A stretch of DNA of 32,000 nucleotides. Origin: Dehalococcoidia bacterium (GTDB taxonomy: Bacteria > Chloroflexota > Dehalococcoidia > Lucifugimonadales > CATOSD01). A program made the position numbers and the translations under genes. The DNA lies in assembly GCA_963667445.2 (NCBI GenBank), contig CAXXGY010000001.1:1757387-1789386 (forward strand), written 5' to 3'. Within the stretch, counting starts at the first letter, position 1. The number at the start of each line of letters is the position of its first letter. The notes beneath the pieces were generated by a model that worked only from the letters and a program-made list of their open reading frames with translations, ran no database searches and had not been told where the DNA came from. Below, piece after piece: positions 15,911 to 24,699 of the stretch.

Positions 15911-15984
15911 TGGCTGGGGATCGAGGATTCGAACCTCGGCCTACGGATCCAGAGTCCGTCGTTCTGCCACTAGACTAATCCCCA
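15911..15984 (-). tRNA. tRNA-Gln (anticodon CTG), CCA encoded
   Basis: Reverse complement is TGGGGATTAGTCTAGTGGCAGAACGACGGACTCTGGATCCGTAGGCCGAGGTTCGAATCCTCGATCCCCAGCCA. Acceptor TGGGGAT/ATCCCCA, anticodon stem ACGGA/TCCGT, loop CTCTGGA, T-loop TTCGAAT. Confidence 0.9.
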
Positions 15985-16130
15985 GCGCATCTGTATTTTA
16001 TCAAGCGTATTTCGCCATTTCAAGCCCAACCTCGTCCACGCTCCCGCCGTCTTTCCCGCGCAGGAACGTCACCCCCGCGAAAGCGAGGGCGGGAATCCGG
16101 CGGGACGGGGCCGCAACACGGAGAAAGCTC

Positions 16131-17132
16131 TTGAAGATAGGACTGTTTCTGAACACCCAGACGCCCGACAACGACAAGCTGCCGTCCGTCATCGCCGAAA
16201 GCGCCGAGCAGGTGCGCGCCGCGCGCGACGCCGGATTCGACGTCATCTGCGCCGGCCAGCACTACCTGTCCTCGCCCTACTCCCAGCCCGCCACGCTGCC
16301 GTTCCTCGCGCGCATGGCCGCAGAGTCGGGCGACATGGCCCTGTGCGCCGGCATCATCCTGCTGCCGCTCCACAACCCCGTGGACATAGCCGAGACCGTC
16401 GCCACCATGGACGCCATCACCAACGGGCGGTTCATCTTCGGCATCGGGCTCGGCTACCGCGACGAGGAGTACGCCGCGTTCGGCGTCCGCCGTTCCGAGC
16501 GCGTCCCCCGCATGACCGAGGCGCTCGATGTCATACGCAAGCTGTGGTCTGAGGACGAGGTCGAGCACCGGGGACGCTTCTACCACGTGCCCAGGTCCAA
16601 CCCCACCACGCGGCCCGTGCAGAAGCCGCACCCGCCCATCTGGGTGGCCGCCAACCACGACAACGCCATCCGCCGCGCCGGACGCTGGGGCTACCCCTGG
16701 ATGATCAACCCGCACGCCACCATGTCCATGATCGCCGAGCAGATTCCGCTCTACCGCGACGCGCTCGCCGACGGCGGCCAGCCGGATCCCGGCGAGCTGC
16801 CGCTGGTGCGCGAGATGTACGTCGCCGCCGACAGGGAGACGGCTTTCGTGGAGAGCCAGCCCTACCTGGAGGGCAAGTACGCCGCCTACGCCTCCTGGGG
16901 CCAGGACAAGGCGCTGCCCGGCGAGGAGGATTTTACGATTCCCTACGCCGACCTCGCCCGCGACAGGTTCGTGCTCGGCGCCCCCGACGACATCGTGCGC
17001 GAGATCGAGCGTTACGAGCGTGACCTGGGCATCACCCACATCCTCTTCCGTATGCAGTGGCCCGGAATGCCGCACGACCAGGTCCTGCGCCAGCTCGACA
17101 TCCTCGACCGCGACGTGGTGCCGCGCATCTAG
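16131..17132 (+). CDS. LLM-class (luciferase-like) flavin/F420-dependent oxidoreductase
   Basis: TTG 16131 with GGAG 7 nt upstream. The track ORF start at 15855 would overlap both tRNAs and was rejected. (M)KIGLFLNTQ..., GFDVICAGQHY, FIFGIGLGYRDEEYAAFG, PHPPIWVAA and LGITHILFRMQWPGM are typical of the luciferase-like monooxygenase family. Confidence 0.85.
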   Translation: MKIGLFLNTQTPDNDKLPSVIAESAEQVRAARDAGFDVICAGQHYLSSPYSQPATLPFLARMAAESGDMALCAGIILLPLHNPVDIAETVATMDAITNGRFIFGIGLGYRDEEYAAFGVRRSERVPRMTEALDVIRKLWSEDEVEHRGRFYHVPRSNPTTRPVQKPHPPIWVAANHDNAIRRAGRWGYPWMINPHATMSMIAEQIPLYRDALADGGQPDPGELPLVREMYVAADRETAFVESQPYLEGKYAAYASWGQDKALPGEEDFTIPYADLARDRFVLGAPDDIVREIERYERDLGITHILFRMQWPGMPHDQVLRQLDILDRDVVPRI

Positions 17133-17170
17133 CCCTGCCTGAACCCAGATACTACAAAGGAGCCGCCACC

Positions 17171-18040
17171 ATGAAACTAGGCGTAGTTTTTCCGCAGACC
17201 GAGATAACCTCAGACGCCGGCGCCGTCAGGGAGTACGCGCAGGCCGCCGAGGAGCTGGGCTATAACCACCTGCTGGCGTTCGACCACGTGCTGGGCGCGA
17301 ACGCCGACAGCCGCCCGGGCTGGAGCGGCGCCTATCGCCACACGGACCAGTTCCACGAGCCGTTCGTGCTATTCGGCTACCTGGCGGGCGTCACCGAGCG
17401 CATCGAGCTTGTGACCGGCGTCATCATCCTGCCCCAGCGCCAGACCGCGCTCGTGGCGAAGCAGACCGCCGCGGTGGACGTGCTGAGCGGCGGACGGCTG
17501 CGACTGGGCATAGGCGTGGGCTGGAACGCCGTGGAGTACGAGGCGCTCGGTGAGAATTTTCATGATCGGGGGCTGCGCTCGGAAGAGCAGATCGAGCTGA
17601 TGCGCCGATTGTGGACGGAAGAATTGATAACGTTCGAGGGCCGTTGGCACAAGGTCACCGACGCGGGCATCAACCCGCTGCCCGTCCAGCGTCCCATCCC
17701 GGTGTGGCTCGGGGGCCGCGCGCCGCAGACCATCAGCCGCATCGCGCGCATGGGCGACGGCTGGTTCCCGCTGTTCCCGCCGGACGACGAGGGCCGCGCC
17801 TTGATAGAGGATCTGCGCGAGCAGACTACCGCCGCCGGGCGCGACCCCGACGCCATCGGCATCGAGAGCTGGGTGTCGATAGGCCGAGGCTCCCCCGACG
17901 ACTGGGCCGCCGTCGTCGAAAGCTGGCGCGAGCTCGGCGCGACGCACATATCGGTGAACACCATGAACGCTGGCCTGTCGTCGCCGGCCGAGCACATCGA
18001 GGCGATACGGCGGTTCAGGGAGGAAGTGGTTAGTGGTTAG
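17171..18040 (+). CDS. LLM-class F420-dependent oxidoreductase (Rv2161c-like subgroup)
   Basis: ATG 17171 with AAAGGAG upstream. MKLGVVFPQTEITSDAGAVREYAQAAEELGYNHLLAFDHVLGA..., RLRLGIGVGWNAVEYEALG and PIPVWLGG are present. The stop codon lies inside the heptamer-repeat element. Confidence 0.88.
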   Translation: MKLGVVFPQTEITSDAGAVREYAQAAEELGYNHLLAFDHVLGANADSRPGWSGAYRHTDQFHEPFVLFGYLAGVTERIELVTGVIILPQRQTALVAKQTAAVDVLSGGRLRLGIGVGWNAVEYEALGENFHDRGLRSEEQIELMRRLWTEELITFEGRWHKVTDAGINPLPVQRPIPVWLGGRAPQTISRIARMGDGWFPLFPPDDEGRALIEDLREQTTAAGRDPDAIGIESWVSIGRGSPDDWAAVVESWRELGATHISVNTMNAGLSSPAEHIEAIRRFREEVVSG

Positions 18041-18182
18041 TGATCAGTGGTTAGTTATTAGTTATTAGTGGTTAGTTGTTAGTGGGTCAGTGGCCGTGGT
18101 CTGCGTATCGCCCGCAGTCTGGTGGCGAACCACTGATAACTGATAACTGACCTACTGAACAACTGACAAACTGGCCTACTAA
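18024..18182. repeat. Palindromic element built from inverted blocks of 7-bp tandem repeats (copy B)
   Basis: Left arm: gtggtta gtggtta gtgatca gtggtta gttatta gttatta gtggtta gttgtta gtgggtca. A GC-rich loop follows. Right arm: gaaccac tgataac tgataac tgaccta ctgaaca... It lies between convergent genes and contains both of their stop codons. Confidence 0.7.
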
Positions 18183-19363
18183 TCGTTGGTCCACAACTCG
18201 GTGTCTGGGTAGTAGTCGCTCCAGCCGAACCAGAAGGCGTTGAAGGATGGGTACGTCTCCAGACGCTCGCCCTCCAACTCGCCCGCCAGGGCCACGCCGG
18301 TCAGCTTGTTCCACGTCGAGCCGGTCTCGGCGTCCACCATCTCGTCCGAGGCGTCGCCCTGCTCGAACGTCAGCGCGCGGTCGCCCACGCGCCGGCCGAA
18401 CGCGCCCACCGAGCCGCTGGCGTCGTCTCGCGCCACCACTATCTCCGCGCCCTCGAACACGTCGTTCACCACCTGGGCGCTGTCCAGGTCGGCGTGAGCG
18501 TAGGCCCTCTGTGAGCTATCGCCTACGAGTCCCAGCACTAGCTGCTTGATGGACAGACGCTCGTCGCTGTTCGCCTCCGGCATGATCCCGGTCCTGGGGC
18601 TGATGTAGTAGCTCGAGTATGAGTCATAGGGCCGGCTACCCGTGTCCAGCGCGAGCGTGTCCGGATGCTCCGCCTTCCAGTCGCCCCAGGTGGTCAGCCG
18701 GGACGGGACCAGCGTCAGCCGCTCGCCGAGCAGCGGCCCCTCGACCGCCTCGCCCAGGAACTGGCTCCACAGCGTCTCCGTCTCCCTGTCGTACATCACG
18801 AGGGCGTTCATGATGAGCTTGCCGGACACCCCGAACGTCAGCGTCTCCGCCTTCACCGTGCGGGCATACACTATGCCCGTGAAGCAGAGCGGTCACCACG
18901 TTACCGCTACCGGCTCACCGCCCACCGTGTCGTTGACGATCTCGTGGCCGCTCAGGAACGCCGTGGAGTAGGCCCTGTGCTCATCCCCGATAGACAGCCC
19001 GATGACGAGATGCCCGTCGCTCATCAGCTCCGACGCCCGCTCGACGTTCAGAAACTCGGGGTCGTCGATGGAGGGGATGGCGTCGCGCGGCAGCACCGTG
19101 CGAATCTCCAGCGCGCCGGCGTCCGGCTGTGGCGCGGGCGTCGGGGTCACGCGCGTTCTGGTCGGCCCGGCGCCGCCGCTCGGCTTGGACGGCTCCTGGG
19201 CGGGACCGAGGCGCGTGGGGGGCAGGCCGCCGTTCGCAGGCGCCGCAGCGCCCGGCGCCACGTCGACGCCGGCGGGTGTCGCCTCTGGCGCGGCGCTTTC
19301 GGTGGAGCACGCCGCGAGCAGAGCAGTCACGAACACCGCCAGCGCCACGAGGCGCTCTCTCAC
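18179..19363 (-). CDS. DUF3179-family secreted lipoprotein with one in-frame TGA (18893-18895): candidate selenoprotein or recent pseudogene
   Basis: Track ORFs 18893..19444 and 18179..18871 are in the same frame (1185 nt in total) and separated only by the TGA. The joined protein reads ...HEIVNDTVGGEPVAVTW-[TGA]-PLCFTGIVYARTVKAETLTFGVSGKLIMNALVMYDRETETLWSQ..., the DUF3179 core. The N-terminus has a lipobox (VFVTALLAAC). GTG 19363 overlaps the upstream esterase stop (GTGA). Confidence 0.7.
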
Positions 19364-20259
19364 ACCCAACTCTCCTCGAGAAACTCGCCGATGGCTTCGA
19401 TGGCCTGCTGGCCCTCGGGCAGTATCGGCGCGAAAAGGTGCCACGCGTGTACCATCTCCTCCCAGACCTGAAGCGTCGCATCGACGCCTGCGGCGCGTGC
19501 GCGCTCATCCAACCGCGTGGAGTCGTCGTACAGCGTCTCGGATGTGCCCACCTGTATCAGCAGGGGCGGCAGCCCTCGCAGGTCGGCGTAGATGGGCGCG
19601 GCCAGCGGCGTTCGCGCGTCCGCGCCCGCCAGGTACGCGGCAGCCGAATCGAGCAGGCCCTCGCGTCCCACCATCAGGTCCCACTTGGCCCGCGTCGTCA
19701 TGGACTCGCCCAATGTCTCCATGTCAACCCACGGCGATAGGCACACCCCCGCCGCGGGCAGAGAGTGCCCCGCGTCTCGCAGCGCCACCATCGCCGCGAC
19801 GGTCAGGCCGCCGCCCGCCGAGTCGCCCCCGATTGCCGCGCGCGCCGGATCGACGCCCTGCCCCACCAGCCAGCGGTACGCGGCGGTGGCGTCTTCCACC
19901 GCCGCGGGGTAGGGATGCTCCGGGGCGAGCCGGTAATCCAGCGCCAGCACGCGCGCGCCTGCTGCCGCCGACAGACGCCTCGCCAGCTCGCGGTGACTCT
20001 CAGGCGAGCCGGCGTTGTAACCGCCACCGTGCAGGTACAGCACCACGTGGCCCGCGTCCGCGCCCGGGGCGGACACCCACTCGGCCGGTACGCCGCCGGC
20101 GTCCACCTTCTCCGAGGACACGCCCGGCGTCGCGCCAAGCAAGCCGAAGAAGGCATCCATGCCCGCGCGTCGGTCCGCGACGCTTGGGCGTGTACCGCCC
20201 GTTGCCTGCCGGCGCATCTCCAGCATGTGCAGCACTCTCTCCAGTTCGGGGGATGGCAT
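19360..20259 (-). CDS. Alpha/beta-hydrolase fold-3 esterase/lipase (HSL family)
   Basis: HGGG oxyanion motif (VVLYLHGGGYNAG), nucleophile elbow GDSAGG, LALDYRLAPEHPYPAA. ATG 20259 is preceded by GAGGTGA; the track start at 20298 lacks an RBS. Confidence 0.85.
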   Translation of the reverse strand: MPSPELERVLHMLEMRRQATGGTRPSVADRRAGMDAFFGLLGATPGVSSEKVDAGGVPAEWVSAPGADAGHVVLYLHGGGYNAGSPESHRELARRLSAAAGARVLALDYRLAPEHPYPAAVEDATAAYRWLVGQGVDPARAAIGGDSAGGGLTVAAMVALRDAGHSLPAAGVCLSPWVDMETLGESMTTRAKWDLMVGREGLLDSAAAYLAGADARTPLAAPIYADLRGLPPLLIQVGTSETLYDDSTRLDERARAAGVDATLQVWEEMVHAWHLFAPILPEGQQAIEAIGEFLEESWV

Positions 20260-20552
20260 GATTTCACCTCGTCGTTGCATCTGCGCTACTGGTATCAATC
20301 TTACACCAAGCGCTGACTGGCCCGCCGTCGCCCCCCGGAGACCGTCACTCGCCCTGTGAAGCGAGGCTCCTGTGCGCTCTCAACCGCCGGCTTGCCAAGT
20401 CCTTGACATCGCCCTTAATCGTTGTTAACGTTCGCCCCAATCGTCTTCTGGTCGACGGGGGAGGGCCGTGTGGCCGCGACTTGAGACCGCCCATGAGAGG
20501 CGGGCGCCAAGCACATCCCCGTCTCAAAACCGCAACCCGGCAGGAGGACAAG

Positions 20553-22715
20553 TTGAAGAGAGCACGATCGAAGCTAGCAGTTTTCGCGTTGGTCGCGATT
20601 ATGGCCGCATTCGCGCTGGCTGTAGTCGCCTGCGCCTCCGCGGAAGAAGAGGCGCCACCCACGCCGACGCCTGTAGACGTGTCGGGCATAATCAGCCAGG
20701 TGATGGCTGCCCAGCAGCCCGGGGTGACCACCGCAGACGTGACAGCCGCAATCCAGGCGGCGTTGGCCGAGCAGGAGGGTCTCACCTCCGCGGACGTGGC
20801 CAACGAGATAGCCAAGGCGCTGAGCGCGCAACCCGGCGTGACTTCCAGCGAAGTGGCATCGGCAATCGCGAGCGCGCTGGACGCGCGCCCCGGCGTTACC
20901 AGCCAGGACGTGGCGAATGAGATAGCCAGGGCGCTGAGCGCGCAGCCCGGCGTGACCGAGGAACAGGTCGCGGCCGCCATCGCGTCCGCGATGGCCGAAC
21001 GCCCCGGCATCACCGAAGCCCAGGTCGCCGCCATCGTCGATAAGGCGATGGAAGAGCAGCAGAGCGAAATCATCGCCGCCGTCACCGAGTCGATAAACGT
21101 CAGCCTGGACGCGCCCGCACCGGTCGTTACCGGCGAGGCCCAGTACGGCGGTACACTCGTCACCATCGAGGCGGGGAACCTTCAGTCCATCGACTTCCAC
21201 CGGGTGCTCAGCATTGGCACCATGCAGTGGTTCGCCAACATCCACCTGAATCTGCTGGAGGTCGATACGCAGACCCGCGACAGGGTGATAGGCGACGTTG
21301 CCGAGTCATGGGATGTCAGCGACGACGGCACCCAGTGGACCTTCAACATCCGAGAGGGCCTCACCACGCATCAGGGCAACACCTTCGACGCTGAGGACGT
21401 TCGCTACAACATCTGGCGCTGGCTCAACCAGCCAAACGACGTTGTAATGGCTCGCGCCGGCTGCGTTCGCAACACCACCATCGACGTGTCGTCACCGGAC
21501 GCGCATACCGTGATCATGACCACAGGCTCCGAGGCCGGGCCCGCGCCCGCGGCGTCCTTCCTGAACTGCATCAGCCAGGCGTACCTGCTGCTTCAGCCCA
21601 AGGGTAATATGACTCCCGTGGACGAACCGGGCATGGACAGAGACCTGGAAGTCGAGGAAGTGGACGGCATCGGGCCGTTCATCTTCAACGAGTACGTGCC
21701 GGACAACATCATCAAGTCGACCAGGTTCGAGGACTACTACGAGAAGGACCCGGACCTGCCCTACCTGGACGCGTATCACTTCGCAATCATCACGGATGCC
21801 GCTTCCAGGATAGCGGCGTTCCGGACCCAGCGGGCGGACTTCTTCCCCACGTTCTCCACGCCCCGCAAGCCCGAGGCCGACCAGCTCAAGAAACAGTACG
21901 GCGACGCTATTACATACGTTCGCGTTCTCGCGCCCGGCAAGCGCGGCCTGCCGATAAACAACAACAGGCCCCCGTTCGACAACCCTAACATTCGCCAAGC
22001 GATGCACTTGGCCATAGACCGCCACGCGGTGAACGCGCTCCACCACGACGGCGTTGGCTTCTTGGCTGCCCCGTACCTGGGCATGTGGGACTGGATATAC
22101 TCCTTCGACGACTACTACACCTGGCCCGGCTTCCGTTCCTACCCCGAGGGCCGCTTCGATGAAGACCTGGCAGAGTCCAAGCGCCTGCTCGAGGCCGAGG
22201 GCTACAGCGAGAGCAACCCGCTGAAGGTCTCGATCCTATCGGGCACCACCGAGTCCGACGAGATTACGATTGGGGACTCGCTTGACGACTCCTGGATCGA
22301 GGTCAGCTTCGACAGGGTGACCGGACCCGAAAACCGCGCGAGGAGGGCCAGCACGGAGTACGACACCTACTTCGAGAGTAAGGGCACCGAGTTCAACGAC
22401 CCCGACGCCTACAACGGCCTGCTCTACATTCCGACCGCGGGCTTCAACTATACAAAGTGGCAAGACGACCGCTGGCTGGAGTTGAACGAGCTGCAGAAGG
22501 TGGAACTCGACCAGGCCCAGCGCGGCGTTTACCTGCGCGAGATGGCGGACATCATCTTCGACGCGCAGATATTCGTTGGCGTGATACGTCCCCGCCTCAA
22601 CCAGATAAACTGGAGCTACATGGTCGGTTACGTCCACCCCAAGTTTACCCACCAGTCCACCTACCGATGGGACCACGTCTGGCTGAACAGGGACGCCGGC
22701 GCGCCGGATCGCTAA
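20553..22715 (+). CDS. ABC transporter substrate-binding lipoprotein, family 5 (peptide/nickel type), with N-terminal 20-aa repeat stalk
   Basis: TTG 20553 lies 5 nt after GGAGGA. Signal peptide and lipobox: KRARSKLAVFALVAIMAAFALAVVAC. SBP_bac_5-like core: WDVSDDGTQWTFNIREGLTTHQGNTFDAEDVRYN, NRPPFDNPNIRQAMHLAIDR. Confidence 0.88.
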   Translation: MKRARSKLAVFALVAIMAAFALAVVACASAEEEAPPTPTPVDVSGIISQVMAAQQPGVTTADVTAAIQAALAEQEGLTSADVANEIAKALSAQPGVTSSEVASAIASALDARPGVTSQDVANEIARALSAQPGVTEEQVAAAIASAMAERPGITEAQVAAIVDKAMEEQQSEIIAAVTESINVSLDAPAPVVTGEAQYGGTLVTIEAGNLQSIDFHRVLSIGTMQWFANIHLNLLEVDTQTRDRVIGDVAESWDVSDDGTQWTFNIREGLTTHQGNTFDAEDVRYNIWRWLNQPNDVVMARAGCVRNTTIDVSSPDAHTVIMTTGSEAGPAPAASFLNCISQAYLLLQPKGNMTPVDEPGMDRDLEVEEVDGIGPFIFNEYVPDNIIKSTRFEDYYEKDPDLPYLDAYHFAIITDAASRIAAFRTQRADFFPTFSTPRKPEADQLKKQYGDAITYVRVLAPGKRGLPINNNRPPFDNPNIRQAMHLAIDRHAVNALHHDGVGFLAAPYLGMWDWIYSFDDYYTWPGFRSYPEGRFDEDLAESKRLLEAEGYSESNPLKVSILSGTTESDEITIGDSLDDSWIEVSFDRVTGPENRARRASTEYDTYFESKGTEFNDPDAYNGLLYIPTAGFNYTKWQDDRWLELNELQKVELDQAQRGVYLREMADIIFDAQIFVGVIRPRLNQINWSYMVGYVHPKFTHQSTYRWDHVWLNRDAGAPDR
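20673..21100 (+). repeat. About seven in-frame 60-bp (20-aa) tandem repeats within the SBP gene
   Basis: Units include QPGVTTADVTAAIQAALAEQ, EGLTSADVANEIAKALSAQ, PGVTSSEVASAIASALDAR, PGVTSQDVANEIARALSAQ, PGVTEEQVAAAIASAMAER and PGITEAQVAAIVDKAMEEQ, plus partial flanking units. Confidence 0.85.
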
Positions 22716-22800
22716 CCGGCGGTCCCTGAGGAAATAAGCAACCCCAACCACCAGCCGCCCGCCGTGCAATGGCGGGCGGCTGAATCACTTTCTCAGCGCC

Positions 22801-23760
22801 ATGCAGCAATACATCCTTAGACGCCTCTTCCTGTTCATTCCTACGCTCATCCTGGTAAGCGTGATTATCTTCACCATGCTCAGGATAGTGCCGGGCGACC
22901 CGGTGCTGCTCATTCTCGCCGGGCCCGAAGGTGAGGGATCGTACACACAAGAAGATTACGAGATGATGAGGGAGCAGCTCGGCTTCAACGACCCTTTCTA
23001 CGTCCAGTACTTCAGATGGTCGTACGGACTTATCACGCTGGACTGGGGCCGCTCGCTCCAGACCAACGAGAGGGTCACGGATATCTTCAAGCGGCGCTAC
23101 CCCGTAACCCTGCAACTGGCGCTGCTGTCGTTCCTGGTCATCTCCACCATAGGCATACCCATAGGCGTGCTGGCCGCCGTCAAACAGGACACGTGGGTGG
23201 ACTACCTGTTCAGGAGCTTCGCCATACTCGGCCTCGCAATGCCCACGTTCTGGCTGGCGTTGCTCATACTGCTGGCCCTGTCTATCTGGTTCAACTGGAT
23301 ACCTCCACTCGAGTTCGTACACCTGTGGGAGGACCCCAGGACCTCTATCACGCAGCTCATATTCCCCGCTATCGCGCTGGGACTGAGCGCCCAGGGCACG
23401 ACGATGCGCATGACACGCTCGCAGTTGCTGGAGGTGATGCGCGAGGACTACGTGCGCACCGCCAGGGCAAAGGGTCTCGCGGAGCGACTGGTCATTTTCC
23501 GCCACGCGATACGCAACTCCGTGCTGCCGGTGCTGACCATCCTCGGCCTGCTGCTGGGCGCGTTGTTGGGCGGCACTATCGTAATCGAGATAGTCTTCAA
23601 CATTCCGGGGCTGGGCCGCCCCGTCATCAACGCGGTCGGCTCGCTGGACCAGCCGGTGCTCCAGGTCATAGTAGTGGCGTTCACTCTCATATTCCTGGTG
23701 CTCAACCTGTTGGTCGACATCGCTTACGCGCTGCTGGACCCCCGAATAAGGTACTCATAG
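22801..23760 (+). CDS. ABC transporter permease (DppB/OppB-like)
   Basis: 319 aa. The opening MQQYILRRLFLFIPTLILVSVIIF is typical. The EAA-like region YVRTARAKGLAERLVIFRHAIRN and multiple TM helices are present. Confidence 0.9.
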   Translation: MQQYILRRLFLFIPTLILVSVIIFTMLRIVPGDPVLLILAGPEGEGSYTQEDYEMMREQLGFNDPFYVQYFRWSYGLITLDWGRSLQTNERVTDIFKRRYPVTLQLALLSFLVISTIGIPIGVLAAVKQDTWVDYLFRSFAILGLAMPTFWLALLILLALSIWFNWIPPLEFVHLWEDPRTSITQLIFPAIALGLSAQGTTMRMTRSQLLEVMREDYVRTARAKGLAERLVIFRHAIRNSVLPVLTILGLLLGALLGGTIVIEIVFNIPGLGRPVINAVGSLDQPVLQVIVVAFTLIFLVLNLLVDIAYALLDPRIRYS

Positions 23761-23777
23761 GGGATGAGGGGGATACA

Positions 23778-24674
23778 ATGACGAGCATAGCGCGATCGAC
23801 GGAACTCGCGGACCTGCGGCCCAAGCGGACGTATCTGCAATCCTTCGTGCGCTTCCTTCGGCAGAAGCCGCTCGGTACGCTCGGCCTCGGAATCATGCTG
23901 GCGTTCGCCATCATGGCGCTGGTGTCTCCCTACGTGGTGCCCAAGGACATTCTTGAAACCAACCCCAGAACCATCCTGCAGGGACCCAGCGGCGACTCTT
24001 GGTTCGGTACCGACCAGTTCGGGCGCGACCTGTTCAGCCGCACCCTCTACGGCTCCCGCATATCGATGATGGTGGGATTCGCGGTGCTCATCATGGGCAC
24101 GACCCTCGGCGCCATACTGGCCATCATCACGGCCTACATCGGCGGCAAGGTGGATCTGCTCACACAGAGAGTCGTGGACGCCATGATGGCCATTCCAACG
24201 CTCGTCCTGGCGCTGACGATAATGTCGGTGCTCGGCGCGTCGATGTTCAACCTCATCCTGGCAATCTCGATAGCGACCTTACCCAACGCGCTCCGCACCG
24301 TCAGGTCCGTCGTCCTGTCCATCAAGGCCACACAGTACGTGGACAGCGCGCGCGCCACCGGCTGCACCAGTCTGCGCATCATGATGTTCCACGTCGCGCC
24401 CAACTGCATGGCGCCCTACCTCGTCATTGCCTCCGTGGCGCTCGGTGGCGCCATCCTGTCGGAGGCCAGCCTCAGCTTCCTCGGAGCGGGTGCGCCCGAG
24501 CAGACCGTCACCTGGGGGTCGCTGCTCAGCCGCGACAAGCTGCAATACTTCGCGCTGGCACCGTGGATGGCCATATTCCCCGGCCTGTTCCTCACGGCGC
24601 TCGTGTTCGGCATCAACGTGTTCGGCGACGCCCTCCGCGACGTGCTCGACCCCAGGCTGCGCGGCTCGCGGTAG
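23778..24674 (+). CDS. ABC transporter permease (DppC/OppC-like)
   Basis: ATG 23778 follows GAGGGGGA, in frame within track ORF 23016..24674. GTDQFGRDLFSRTLYGSRIS, YVDSARATGCTSLRIMMFHVAPN and C-terminal FGDALRDVLDPRLR are typical. Confidence 0.9.
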   Translation: MTSIARSTELADLRPKRTYLQSFVRFLRQKPLGTLGLGIMLAFAIMALVSPYVVPKDILETNPRTILQGPSGDSWFGTDQFGRDLFSRTLYGSRISMMVGFAVLIMGTTLGAILAIITAYIGGKVDLLTQRVVDAMMAIPTLVLALTIMSVLGASMFNLILAISIATLPNALRTVRSVVLSIKATQYVDSARATGCTSLRIMMFHVAPNCMAPYLVIASVALGGAILSEASLSFLGAGAPEQTVTWGSLLSRDKLQYFALAPWMAIFPGLFLTALVFGINVFGDALRDVLDPRLRGSR

Positions 24675-24699
24675 ACAAGCGGCGCGGGCTGCCGTCAAA

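Noticed and set aside
15855-16130. The N-terminal 92 codons of track ORF 15855..17132, and minus ORF 15620..15868.
   Set aside because: They overlap the two well-formed tRNA genes. The LLM domain begins at KIGLFLN, with a TTG start and a GGAG RBS at 16131.
20345-21245. Minus-strand ORFs 20345..21166 and 20574..21245, antisense to the SBP gene.
   Set aside because: They lie antisense to the 60-bp repeat region and are open only because of its Ala/Val/Thr-rich GC-biased codons. The sense frame has a lipoprotein signal and a complete SBP domain.
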